NCBI GenBank assembly: GCA_002104945.1
Contig: MCFH01000084.1
Location: 1-64,000 of the forward strand
Origin: Piromyces finnis finn
Taxonomy: Eukaryota; Fungi; Neocallimastigomycota
DNA: 64,000 nt
Reading direction: 5' to 3'
In this document: positions 48,224-61,235 of the stretch, in pieces
Position numbering within the stretch: position 1 is the stretch's first letter
Layout of the letters: each line of letters begins with the position of its first letter
Translations under genes and position numbers: made by a program
The notes under the pieces: model-generated
What the model was told of the DNA's origin: nothing
Seen by the model: only the letters and a program-made list of their open reading frames with translations
Database searches by the model: none

Positions 48224-49169
48224 CTCATAGACTATAACGAATTGTAAGAATAAATACTTATTATTTATTCTTAGTATTAAACATTACAAATAATTTATTT
48301 AGTTAATAATCATTAATCCATTGGATTATATTAATATATTTATTTATTATTATAGTTATTTGTTAAGTTAAATATTGTAAATATTTATTTAGTTAATAAT
48401 TATTCATTCGCTATATTAGATTAATTAATTTATTTAATTATGTATTTATACATTCATTTATATATATACTTGTATTATAAAAGATAAAACACATACTAAT
48501 TACATTAATAATATTATACAACTATATATTAGTATGTAATAGGAAATCGGATATTAAGGTTTTACCCGTTATCAACGGTTTTACTTAATATTACGATGAT
48601 TGGTATGATTAGAATATCAATCAAATAACTTTTTAGGTTTTTCTTCTAGTCTTTTCCTAAAAAGATTCTTGTTAAGATTAGAATGTTCTTAGAAATTTTA
48701 ATTTAATAGAATAAAACATATAAATAGTACTCTTGAGTTCGATTTGAGAAATCAAGAGTTATTATTATAAGATTAATTATAATAAATAACTTTATACAAA
48801 ATAATAAGTAATAAAATAAATATTAAAAAAACTATTAAATACACAAAATAATTCTGATACATTTGGTTTTGTTTATTATAATTTCTTATAATAAACTCAT
48901 TAAGTTAAGTTTCTAATTTTACCTTTATTTTCACATTTTAATAATAGTTTATATTATTAATTTAAAGCTAATAATTATTATTATATAATAAATATAATAT
49001 AATTATTACAATAATAACTCTTCTTTGTTACACAAAAAAAATTTTTTTTCACCAATCAATATACATATATAATATTATAAATTATTATATTTTGTTAAAT
49101 TTTTTAAATTTTTTTTTTCTCTCTCTTTTTTCTTTTTTTTGGATAAATAATAAGTCAACTACCTTTAAA

Positions 49170-52100
49170 ATGTCGGAAATTGTGCCAAAAGAAAACCTTG
49201 ATAATATTCAAGATAATGAAAGTAACCCTACCACTTCAAGGCTTGTAGAAGCGATGACCGAGTTTATACCTACTGTAAAGATATAATATATATCTTTATA
49301 TTATTTAATAATTAATTATTAATTATTAAATAATAAATTAATATTTAGTAAAACTGATTATAAAATTTTTGAGTAAATTTTATGGAATAATTTAATAATA
49401 AATTATTTTATAATAATTCCGTTAAATTTAAGTTAAGATAAATATTTAAGTTTAAGGAATAAAAGAATTTTAATTAAATTTAAATATTTCAAATATTTTA
49501 AATATTCATAATAACTTTAAATACTTTCTTATTTAAATTTAGAATAGTTTAATAATAATATACTTTCTTATTTAAATTTAGAATAGTTTAATAATTTTAA
49601 CTGAGTTTTAAAAATAGATGTGTTTATATTTCAATAGGAAATATATTAAGAATAATATTGATAATATTAAATTAATTTATAGAAAATACATGGGCTTTAT
49701 TCAATTTTGAGTTTACTCAAATTGAATTAAAAGTATAATGAATTAGTTTAGTTTAGTTCTGTTATTTTATTATTTAATTAAATTAGTTTTGTTTATTTTA
49801 TATTAAATATATGTTTATTTAAATAGAATAATATATTAGAATATAATTATGAAAAAATATAAATACATGTAATTTTTATTTGTTAAATCGATGTAATTGT
49901 TATTTTCAATTTTTTAATTATTAACTATTATATAGTTAATAATCTTTTTAAGAGTTTTAAATAAAATGATTTTTAAAATAAAAATTTAATGTTTTATTTT
50001 TTATTTTTGTGTTAATAAAAATTGTTTTGTTTTAAGTATAAAATCTGTTTTAAATTTTATACTTTTACACCTACCTTCTTTTCTCCTAATGGCGTTCTTT
50101 CAAAGGAAAAAGAAGCAGGCTCCAAAGATAACATAATGGAGATTATTATTCAAAGTGAAGATTTCTTTAAAGATCATCCAAAATCTTTCTCAAGTGACGA
50201 ATCTAAGAATTCTTTCATCATTGGAAAACTTGATGGATTAGCCAGAAAGTGGGGTCTTTCTCTTCTAGTAGACGGAACTCTAAAAACTCTTAGTTTTGAA
50301 AATTTTAAGACTCTACTATTAAATAACTTTGAGACCGGGGATATACAAAAACAAAAGTATGTCCTTATGAACAATCTTTGGGAACTTATACAAACCCAAT
50401 TAGGTAAAGTTACGGAATACACTATCGAGTTTAGAAGATTAGCTGGAAGGATTGGATGGCCTGACGAGGTTTTTATCGATATCATTGGTAAGGGACTAAT
50501 TAACAAAGTGAGGGAAGAATTTGATAAATTGGATAGACCTAAGTCTCTTTTTGATGCCACAAATGCGATAATTAATATTGATAGAAAATGCTACCTGGAA
50601 AGTTACATAAGAAATGAAACCAATCCATTTAACAAAAGCAATGGTAAAAGGAAAAATTACTTTAGCAGAAGTGAAAGAAAAGCCAAACATCCAAAATTCT
50701 CGAAAGATAAACAAAGAAACAATATATTTTCTGCGAATTATACTCCAGATAAAGGTAAAACAATTACCACTACATGCTGTTTGATATTGAATGGAAGAAA
50801 TATTAGGATCAACTTTCTCATAGACTCGGGCTCTGCAAGAAGTTTCATTTGCAAAACATTTGTAAATATAAACAAAATACCAACTCTTGGATTGACATCC
50901 CCTGTCAATATATAACTTCCTAACAGTAAAAGTATGACAATAAAGCAATCAACAAAACCATTAAAACTCAAAATCATGGACCACATTGAAACTTACGAAT
51001 TCTGTATTGGAAATTTACAGCTCCATGGCATTTCTGGTATTTTGGGTCGTGATTGGCTCACAATACATAACCCATTCCTTAATTATAAAACAAACAAAAT
51101 ATACTTTCTCGAAAGATATTGTGGGAATCATTGCAATTCTGCTCGTGGTAACAAATTTGTCTTTCATTCTAAAGAAATCACAGCATCTATGTTAGACAAA
51201 GCAGAAAATGACTCGATAATACCAGACTCCATTTCCACGGATGAACTGTATGAATCAGATATATGTGCTGCGATGATGGATGAGAATCTACCAGAGGTAA
51301 GTATCAATCAGAAAGATAATGAAGATATTATCAAAAAACATTATTATGATCAAATGAATGTTTTTGTGAAGAAAAATGCGGATAAATTACCTCCGCATCG
51401 TGATTATGATATCTCAATTGACATCATTCCAGGTGGTCAGTTGTATTATGGACCAATTTACTCTCTCACGGTTAAAGAAATGGAAGCCCTGAAAGCATAT
51501 ATTGATGAAAACCTCTCCAAAGGATTTATAAGAAAATCGAGATCTCCGGCAGGTGCTCCCGTGCTCTTTGTCAAAAAACACGACGGTTCTCTTAGGCTTT
51601 GTGTCGACTACAGGCGGTTGAATGCGATAACTATAAGAAATAGTTATCCGATTCCTAAAATAAATGACTTAATAGAGTCGTTTAGAGGGGCTAAATTATT
51701 TTCTCGCTTAGATCTCAGATCTGCATATAATCTGGTTAGGATCAAAGAAGGTCATGAATATTTAACAGCTTTTAGAACGCCAATTGGCCATTTTGAATAT
51801 TTAGTAATGCCTTTCGGACTCCGGAATGCTCCTTCAGTATTCCAAAGATTTATTCAGGACATTCTATCTGATGCTATTGGTGTCTTTGCCCAAGTATATC
51901 TAGACGACATTATTATATACTCCCGAAACGAATCTGACCATATCAAACACGTAAAACAGATCTTAAATACATTAGCAAAAAACAGCCTTTACGCAAAGTT
52001 AGAGAAATGCGAGTTTCACGTGAAAGAAACTACTTTCCTCGGTTTTACTGTTTCTACGAATGGCCTAACAATGGACAAAAACAAAGTGAAATCAATAATT

Positions 52101-54003
52101 GAGTGGCCTGTCCCGAAAAATCTTAAAGAACTTCAAAGTTTTTTAGGATTGTGCAATTTCTATAGAAAGTTTATAAAAAACTTCGCTGAAATAATGGAAC
52201 CGCTCCGCAAACTCCTTAAGAAGAATTCTGAATTCAAATGGGATGGTTCTATTAATGAAGCATTTAATAAGCTAAAGAATTCCTTTTTAGAAAATGAACT
52301 TCTTATTTTCCCTGACCCTGAAAAGGAATTTGTAGTAGAAACAGACGCAAGCGACTTTGCTTTAGGATGTATTATTTCCCAAATATCTGAAGCCGATAAT
52401 TTATTACATCCAGTCGCTTTTTATTCAAGATCTTTAAGTAACGCTGAATTTAATTATACTATATACGACAAAGAGCTACTCGCAATAATCACGGCATTCG
52501 ACATCTGGAGGCATCATCTTGAGGGTGCCAAATATCCTGTGCAAATTATTACGTATCACCGAAATTTATTGTATTTTAAAAAACCTCAACATCTTAACCA
52601 GAGACAGATACGCTGGAGTATGTTTCTATCTAAATTTGACTATAGAATATCTTTTAGGCCAGGAGCTAGAGGGGGTAAACCAGATGCACTTTCAAGACGT
52701 CCAGATTACAAAAGAAATAAGACTGGTACAAATAGTCCTTTGCTTAAAGAAGAAGCCTTTTGCTGCACAATCCGTGACAGTATTAGTGGCCTTATTGAAG
52801 CCCAAAAGGACGATAAATTCTGCAAAGAGACTTTGGAAAAAATTAAAGATAAGTCAAACAATATAAAAAGTTCTTTATTTAGTCTTATTGATGGCGTATT
52901 GCATTTCCAAAATCGGATTATTTTACCATCTCCCCTCAGGGCAGGAATTCTTAGAAAATTTCATGACAACCCTCTAAGTGGCCATAGTGGTATTGATAAA
53001 ACCTTAGATCGAATTAAACGTTACTACTGGTGGCCGAATATGAAGAGGGATATCCAAAATTACGTTTCTTCATGTATTATATGTGGGAAATGTAAAACTC
53101 ACAGGCATAAGCCATATGGGAAAGTACAGCCTCTCCCAATCCCAAATAGACCTTGGGAAATAATTGGAGTCGATTTTATAGTATCTTTACCCACATTGCA
53201 AAATTGTACTTGTATCATGGTTGTCGGAGATCACTTAACTAAAATGATCCATCTAGTGCCCTGTGCTGATGTTCCTTCTGCTGACTTAACAGCTAAACTC
53301 TTATTATTCAATGTGTTCCGTTATCATGGTTTCCCAAAGATCGTTATTTCCGATCACGGTTCTCAGTTCTCCTCAGAATTCTGGACTTCACTCTGTTCTA
53401 CTCTTAATATTAAACCAAATATTGCTACCGCATTTCATCAACAATCCAATGGCCAAATAGAAAGAGCAAATGCTGTAGTAGAGCAATATTTAAGATGCTA
53501 CTGTTCAACAAGTCAAAGTGAATGGTGTTATTATCTACCCCTTTGTGAATTTGCTTACAACAACTCCCTACACAAATCCACAGGTAAGTCTCCTTTTTTT
53601 GCTAACTACGGATTCAATCCTAGTTGCGATATTAGCTCACCTCCAATTCTTTTAAAAGACAATGCATCTAATTTATTGAGAGACTGGTCATCTCATTTCA
53701 ATGCACTAAAGTCACAACTAGCGAAAGCAAAAGATGATTTCAAAAAATATTCAGATTCTAAAATATCATCTGGTCCTATATTGAATGTGAATGATATGGT
53801 ATGGCTTAAAAGACACTATTTTACAAATGAGCCTTCAAAAAAACTATCTTCTCAATATTTAGGACCTTTCAAAATTATTGAAAAAAGGGATAGAATGAAC
53901 TACCGTTTGGAATTACCAGAATCTATGTGAATTCATCCGGTATTTCATATCTCCCAGCTAGAACCTTATATTAAAAGGAATAACGAGCTAATAGATTCTT
54001 TAT
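49170..54003 (+). pseudogene. gag-pol: Gag-Pol of element D, split by a C solo LTR, with two nonsense codons
   Basis: ATG 49170 (MSEIVPK...EFIPT) rejoins FFSPNGV in frame after LTR removal; LIDSGSARSF, YLDDIIIY, ETDASDFA, VDFIVSLP; TAA at 50913 and TGA at 53928 interrupt one frame. Confidence 0.9.
49274..50069 (+). repeat. Solo LTR of family C inside the D gag
   Basis: Matches 41533-42266 with small indels; TSD CCTAC on both sides. Confidence 0.93.
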
Positions 54004-56257
54004 AAAAGGAGCAATGTAAGAATAAATACTTATTATTTATTCTTAGTATTAAACATTACAAATAATTTATTTAGTTAATAATCATTAATCCATTGGATTA
54101 TATTAATATATTTATTTATTATTATAGTTATTTGTTAAGTTAAATATTGTAAATATTTATTTAGTTAATAATTATTCATTCGCTATATTAGATTAATTAA
54201 TTTATTTAATTATGTATTTATACATTCATTTATATATATACTTGTATTATAAAAGATAAAACACATACTAATTACATTAATAATATTATACAACTATATA
54301 TTAGTATGTAATAGGAAATCGGATATTAAGGTTTTACCCGTTATCAACGGTTTTACTTAATATTACGATGATTGGTATGATTAGAATATCAATCAAATAA
54401 CTTTTTAGGTTTTTCTTCTAGTCTTTTCCTAAAAAGATTCTTGTTAAGATTAGAATGTTCTTAGAAATTTTAATTTAATAGAATAAAACATATAAATAGT
54501 ACTCTTGAGTTCGATTTGAGAAATCAAGAGTTATTATTATAAGATTAATTATAATAAATAACTTTATACAAAATAATAAGTAATAAAATAAATATTAAAA
54601 AAACTATTAAATACACAAAATAATTCTGATACATTTGGTTTTGTTTATTATAATTTCTTATAATAAACTCATTAAGTTAAGTTTCTAATTTTACCTTTAT
54701 TTTCACATTTTAATAATAGTTTATATTATTAATTTAAAGCTAATAATTATTATTATATAATAAATATAATATAATTATTACACGAATACTAGAAATAACT
54801 AAACTGTCTTAGTGGTTAGTAGCTAAGACTTTGAGTCTGAATGACACTAGTTCAAGAATAGATACTATTTTAAGAAATTATGATTTTATTTTATTTTATT
54901 TTTAAATTTTATTTTATATGAAGATTATTGATTGGTTAAGAATTTTAAGTTGAAAAAATTTTATAAATTAATTTAAAAAATTTTTAGTATAAATACGAGT
55001 GAATTTTCCCAAATATTTTAAAGAATCGAGATTTTATTAATAAATAATTATATTATTAAACACTAACTTATTAAGTTAAATTCTATGTGTTTTTAATATT
55101 TTTATAAATTAATAATTTACAGAATATTTTAAAGTTTTAATATTACTAAGTTATTTAGTAAATATTATAATTTGTTTTTTTATTGTTAAAGACACATTTC
55201 TTTACATAGACCTTATGATTGTGAAATCAAACTTAAGGATGATTCAACTTTATTTTATGGACCATTGTATCCATTAACTGAAGTTGAAAGAGAGGAACTT
55301 AAAAAATAAATAGATGATAATTTAAATAAAGGTTTTATTAGGAAATCATCATCTCCTGCCGGTGCCCCTATCTTGTTTATTAAAAAGAAGGATGGCTCCC
55401 TAAGACTTTGTATCGGTTATAGGAAGTTGAATGATATTACCATTCGTAATTCATATCCTTTACCTTTAATTAGTGACCTTTTGGATAGAGTAAAAAATGC
55501 TAAGATTTTCACCAAATTAGACCTTAAATCCGCTTATAATCTTGTTCGTATTAAAGAAGGCAATGAATACAAAACGGCTTTTCGTACTAGATATGGACAT
55601 TTTGAATATCTGGTTATGCCTTTTGGATTAAAGAATGCACCTGCAACCTTCCAACACTTCATTAATGATGTTCTTAGTGACTATTTGGACGATTTTGTTA
55701 TCTCATATATTGATGATATTCTTATTTATTCTAATAATATCGAAGAACATCATGAACTTGTTAAAAAGGTACTTAAGAAACTACTTGAAAATAACCTTTA
55801 TGTTAAATTAGAAAAATGTGAGTTTGATGTTAAGAAAACACTTTTCTTGGATATGTCATTTCAAAAGATGGGTTACAAATGGACGAAAATAAAGTTAAAG
55901 CAATTCTCGATTGGCCGGTTCCCAAGAATGTTAAAGAGGTTCAGTCTTTTATTGGTTTATGTAACTATTACAGAATTTTCATTGAAGACTTTGCTAAAAT
56001 TGCAAACCCTCTTCACAAACTCACTAGAAAGAATGTTGCTTTTAACTGGGTGAAAGAAGATCAGGACGCTTTTATTTTATTAAAAACTTTGTTCACGTCA
56101 GCTCCTATTCTGAAACATGCGGATAGTAATAAACAATTTATTGTAGAAACTGTAATGGCGACACAGAAAGAATAGATTAGGATATCTTAATCTATTCTTT
56201 CTGTGTCGCCATTACAATAACAATTACCTAACGAAAACCAAGAATACGTTAGGGTAT

Positions 56258-56435
56258 CTACCGCCGAGTAAAAGAAGAAAAAGAAGGAATAACTACTGAG
56301 TTGAAATTGAGTCTACCGCCGAGTAAAAGAAGAAAAAAGAAGGAATAACTACTGGGTTGAAATTGAGTCTACCGCCGAGTAAAAGAAGAAAAAAGAAGGA
56401 ATAACTACTGGGTTGAAATTGAATCTACCGCCGCC
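56258..56435 (+). repeat. 55-56 bp tandem repeat (about 3.2 copies) in the B5 leader
   Basis: Units start at 56258, 56313, 56369 and 56425 with ctaccgccgag. Confidence 0.9.
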
Positions 56436-56646
56436 GAGTGGGAAGAAAGGACCAAGAATAACCATTAAGGATTGATTAGTAGTACAAAACTTGTTCGACA
56501 CTGCTTTTTGCAGAACGCGTCTGAATAACTTTTGTATTGTTATATATACTAAAATTATCTTTTATAAATAATTAAAAAAAAAAAAAAAAAAAAAAAATTA
56601 CTTACTTGAAATAGTAGTAAGAAAACATTTTATTTATTTTAGTAAG

Positions 56647-59600
56647 TTGGAGGGTTTAATTAGTGAATTTGAAAATTTGAATTTGGAAATGGGTGATAGG
56701 AATGTGGGTGTTTCTGGGAACTCGGGGAACATTATTAATGCTCCACCGATATTCTCTGGTAAACAACGTGAATTAGATGGATTTTTAACTAGAGTGGAGT
56801 TGGTATTTCGTACTCGACCGACACTGTACAATACAGATCGAGTCAAGGTCGACTTCGTTATATCATACTTCTCTGGTAAACCTTTGGAATGGGCTTCAGT
56901 GTTGATGAAGAATAATAGTGGGGTTTTAAACCATTATGATGAATTTGTAGATAGGTTGAAGGCTAATTTTGGCAGTTATAGATACGATACCGTTGTAGCT
57001 AACGGAAAATTAGATAATCTTCGCCAAAGGAAACTTGGTCAGGTATTAGATTACATTACCGAGTTTCAACGTATTAGCCAAAATTCAAGCTTTAATGATA
57101 GCGCAAAAATCTACATGTTTCTGAAAGGTTTATTACCACCACTTAGGGAGAAGTTGGCTTTCATTGAATCAAACCCAACTTCAATTGAACAATTGATTTC
57201 TTCAACTATTTTAGTTGAAGATATGATGAAAAGGAATTCTTTAAGTGAATTTTATTTTAATGGTAGAAGGGCTAATGATCCTATGGATGTGGATGTATTT
57301 AGAATTAGTAGAGAAAACAAGCGTAGAAGGTATGTGAATATTCAAGGATCAAGTAAAAATTACAATGAAAACATAGATAACTTTGAAGAAGAAAAGAAAA
57401 AAGGGTTATGTTTTCTTTGTAAACAACCGGGTCATTTAAAATTTAATTGTCCTAATAGAGTAAAGCCCAGAAAAGTGTTAAGAATTGTTAAAGAAAGGAC
57501 TCCAAAAATTGTTAATCCAAAAATTTACAAAGTTGGAGTCAAGGGAGTGAAAAGTGATTTAAACCTTGTGGACTTTTACTTGAGTACCAATGAAGTTTCG
57601 GAAGTTAAAATTAAGGTTTTAATTGATTCCGGTTCTGAATTAAATTTCATTAATCCAAGTCTTGCTGAAGAACTTGGTATTAATTTGGAAAAAGTGGAAC
57701 CATTCCGTGTTTCAGGTGTTAGTGATGGAGTTGTTAGTGTTTGGGAAAGGACTGAGAAGTGCATGCTCCGTTGCAAAAATCACTTCGAAGTAATTCAACT
57801 TTATGGATTACAAGTCCCCGGTGTTGATGTTATTCTTGGTTTGCCGTGGATAAAGAAGCATAATCCAAATGCTTTCTACGACTCTAAGAAAATCGCTTTT
57901 AGTTCTGGTTATTGTGCCAGACATTGTAATAAAGGCAAAAGAAAGAGAAAACCAAGAAAGAAGTCAAAGAATGATCAGTTAGATCATGATGTTCTCGACC
58001 GAAGCTTGACCAAAAAGCCGAAAGTAGATCCCTCTGTCCCAAACAATGAAGAAAAAGAATATGTTAAAGGCCGCCTTGTTAGAACCATCAATGATGAAGA
58101 TGATAGCGATGATGAATATATTAGTTTTAATAAAAAAGTTAAATGTATTGTAACAAAAATTAATGAAACATGTAATAATGATAACGAATCATGTAGTAAT
58201 AATGATAATGAAAAAGATATTAATAAAGATAAATTGGTCGCCGTACCAACCCAATATTTAGAATTTAGTGAAGTGTTTAATGAAAAAAATTGTGAAATGT
58301 TACCTCCTCATAGACCTTATGATTGTGAAATCAAACTTAAAGATGATTCGACTTTATTTTATGGACCTTTGTATCCATTAACTGAAGTTGAAAGAGAGGA
58401 ACTTAAAAAATATATTGATGATAATTTAAATAAAGGTTTTATTAGGAAATCATCGTCTCCTGCTGGTGCCCCAATTTTATTTGTTAAAAAGAAGGATGGC
58501 TCCCTAAGACTTTGTATCGATTATAGAAAGTTGAATGATATTACCATTCGTAATTCATATCCTTTACCTTTAATTAGTGACCTTTTGGATAGGGTGAAAA
58601 ATGCTAAGATTTTTACTAAATTAGACCTTAAATCCGCCTATAATCTTGTTCGTATTAAAGAAGGTGATGAATACAAAACGGCTTTTCGTACTAGATATGG
58701 ACATTTTGAATATCTGGTTATGCCTTTTGGATTAAAGAATGCACCTGCAACTTTTCAACACTTCATTAACGATGTTCTTAGTGACTATTTGGATAATTTT
58801 GTTATCTCATATATTGATGATATTCTTATTTATTCTAATAATATCGAAGAACATCATGAGCATGTTAAAAAGGTACTTAAGAAACTACTTGAAAATAATC
58901 TTTATGTTAAATTAGAAAAATGTAAGTTTGATGTTGAGAAAACCACTTTTCTTGGTTATGTCATTTCAAAGGATGGATTGCAAATGGATGAAAATAAAAT
59001 TAAAGCAATTCTCGATTGGCCGGTTCCCAAGAATGTTAAAGAGGTTCAGTCTTTTATTGGTTTATGCAACTATTACAGAATTTTTATTAAAGATTTTGCT
59101 AAAATTGCAAACCCTCTTCACAAACTCACTAGAAAGAATGTTGCTTTTAACTGGGTGAAAGAAGATCAGGACGCTTTTATTTTATTAAAATCTCTGTTCA
59201 CGTCAGCTCCTATTCTGAAACATGCGGATAGTAATAAACAATTTATTGTAGAAACTGATGCTAGTAATTATGCTGTCGGTGCTATTCTCTCTCAAGATTT
59301 TGATGGCAAATTACATCCTATTGCATTTCTTTCTAAAAGTTTGACGAGTTGTCAAAGAAACTATCCTATATATGACAAGGAACTTTTAGCTATTGTAGTT
59401 GCTCTTGAAGAATGGCGTCATTATTTAGAAGGTGCACGCCATCCGTTCATAATTTATACTGATCACAAGAATTTAACATTTCCTAGAAAACCTGAAATGT
59501 TATCTCAGAGACAAATTAGATGGAATTTGTTCTTATCCAGATTTGATTTTAAACTCATTTATAGAGCTGGAAAGAAATCCGGTAAGCCTGATATCCTGTC

Positions 59601-61235
59601 TCGTAGAAGTGACTATGTAGAGAATAATATTAATTCTGATGTTTCTTGTCTTACTATTTCGTTTCATCATAGCGATAACAAACCGTTAATCGATTCTATT
59701 TTATTAGAACTTAAAAATGACGATTTGTATAATTCTATTGTCCAATTTAAAATGAATGGTTCTGCATGTAATGCACCTATTAAAAATATTGATAAAGTTA
59801 TTATTGATAACGAAGGATTTTTGTTATATAATAATCTTATTTATGTTCCTAAATCTCTTAGGACAAGAGTTTTGGAACTTCATCATGATTCTGTTGCTGC
59901 TGGTCATTTCGGTATTAAGAAAACCACTGAACTGATTTCCAGAAACTTTTGGTGGCCAAGGTTTCATTCAGACGTTAAATCTTTTATCAAATCTTGCGTG
60001 ACTTGTTGCAAATCCAAAGTCCCCAGACATAAGCCTTATGGATTGTTATCCCCTTTGGACACTCCTAGTAGGCCTTGGTCTGATATTTCTATTGATTTTA
60101 TTGTTGATCTTCCTAAGTCCAGAGATATGACAACTCTCATGGTTGTTGTCGATAGATTTACTAAATTTGCTCACGCCATTCCTTTACGTTGTCTTCCTAC
60201 TGCTTCGATTGCTGCTGATGCTTTTATTGCTAATGTCTTCCGTTTGCATGGTCTTCCTGATTCCATCATTTCTGATAGAGGCTCGCAATTTACTTCTGAC
60301 TTTTGGTCAAGACTTTGTGACCTTCTTAATATCAATCATTCATTGTCAACTGCTAACCATCCGCAGACAGATGGTCAAACGGAGAGGGTGAACGGCATAT
60401 TAGAACAATATTTCCGTTGTTTTATAAATAAAAACAGAATAACTGGGTTGATCTTATCCCATTTGCTGAATTTGCATATAATAATACTTTACAACAATCT
60501 ATAAATCAATCCCCATTCTTTGCTAATTATGGTTTTCATCCAAAGTTCAGCTTAGAAATTCCAGCTAATGATAGACCTAGTAGAGCTGAACAAAGAGTAA
60601 TTGATATGAATGAAAACTTTAAATTATTAAAAGAAAACTTAGAAAAAGCAAAAGAAACATATAAGAAATATGCCGATATGAAAAGAATGATTCCCCCGGA
60701 GTTCGAAGTGGGAAAGAAAGTATGGTTATTGAAAGATTCTCCTGGAACTAACCTAAAGAGAAAATTAGCACCTCAAATGCTTGGCCCATTTGAGATAATT
60801 GAAAAAGTTAGTTCTCTCGCTTTCAAATTGAAACTTCCAAAGACAATGAGATGTCATCCAGTCTTTCATGTTTCATTGTTAGAACCATACTTTGAAAACA
60901 AGCTTAACGACAGGTCTAATCGTAGGAAGAGGAACATTCACCTTAACACAGATTTAATTGAAAAAATTCCAGAGAAAATTGAAAAGATGAAATCTGTTAA
61001 TGGTGAAACATTTTATAAGTTATCATGGAAAGGATTTGACAAATCCACTTGGATTTCTGAAGATCAGATTCCAGATAAACAATTAATACAAGAGTTTGAA
61101 AGAAACTCTAAAAAGTCAAAATATAAGTCGAACGACTCCTCCATGAAAATTAGAAAGAATAAAGTTGGTAATCTAATCAAGCACAGATACCAACCATTTG
61201 TAATTGAAATTCCTTCGAGAAAAGATTCCTTATAA
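56647..61235 (+). pseudogene. gag-pol: B5 Gag-Pol with a 1-bp deletion in integrase
   Basis: ORF 56647..60504 shifts frame at ~60430 (aataaaaacag vs aataaaaaacag in B2); the IN tail is ORF 60606..61235. Confidence 0.92.

Larger units (their letters stand above)
48243..54782 (+). mobile_element. Element D: complete self-priming Ty3/Gypsy element without chromodomain
   Basis: 768-bp LTRs 48243-49010 and 54015-54782 appear identical; TSD CGAAT; PBS ATAATAACTCT (49011-49021) is complementary to 48755-48765; PPT aaaaggagcaa. Confidence 0.93.
48233..55206 (-). repeat. Solo LTR Z2 (pieces 48233-48242 and 54783-55206) split by element D
   Basis: TSD TAGAC at 48228-48232 and 55207-55211, within B pol codons PHRPY. 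Confidence 0.8.

Noticed and set aside
50174-50986. Antisense ORFs in element D
   Set aside because: They overlap gag-protease on the opposite strand and contain no recognisable motifs.
39922-53930. RIP-like hypermutation
   Set aside because: Several stops fit C-to-T or G-to-A changes, but B1 is intact and the LTR pairs are near-identical. A dinucleotide-context test against a consensus is needed and could not be run.
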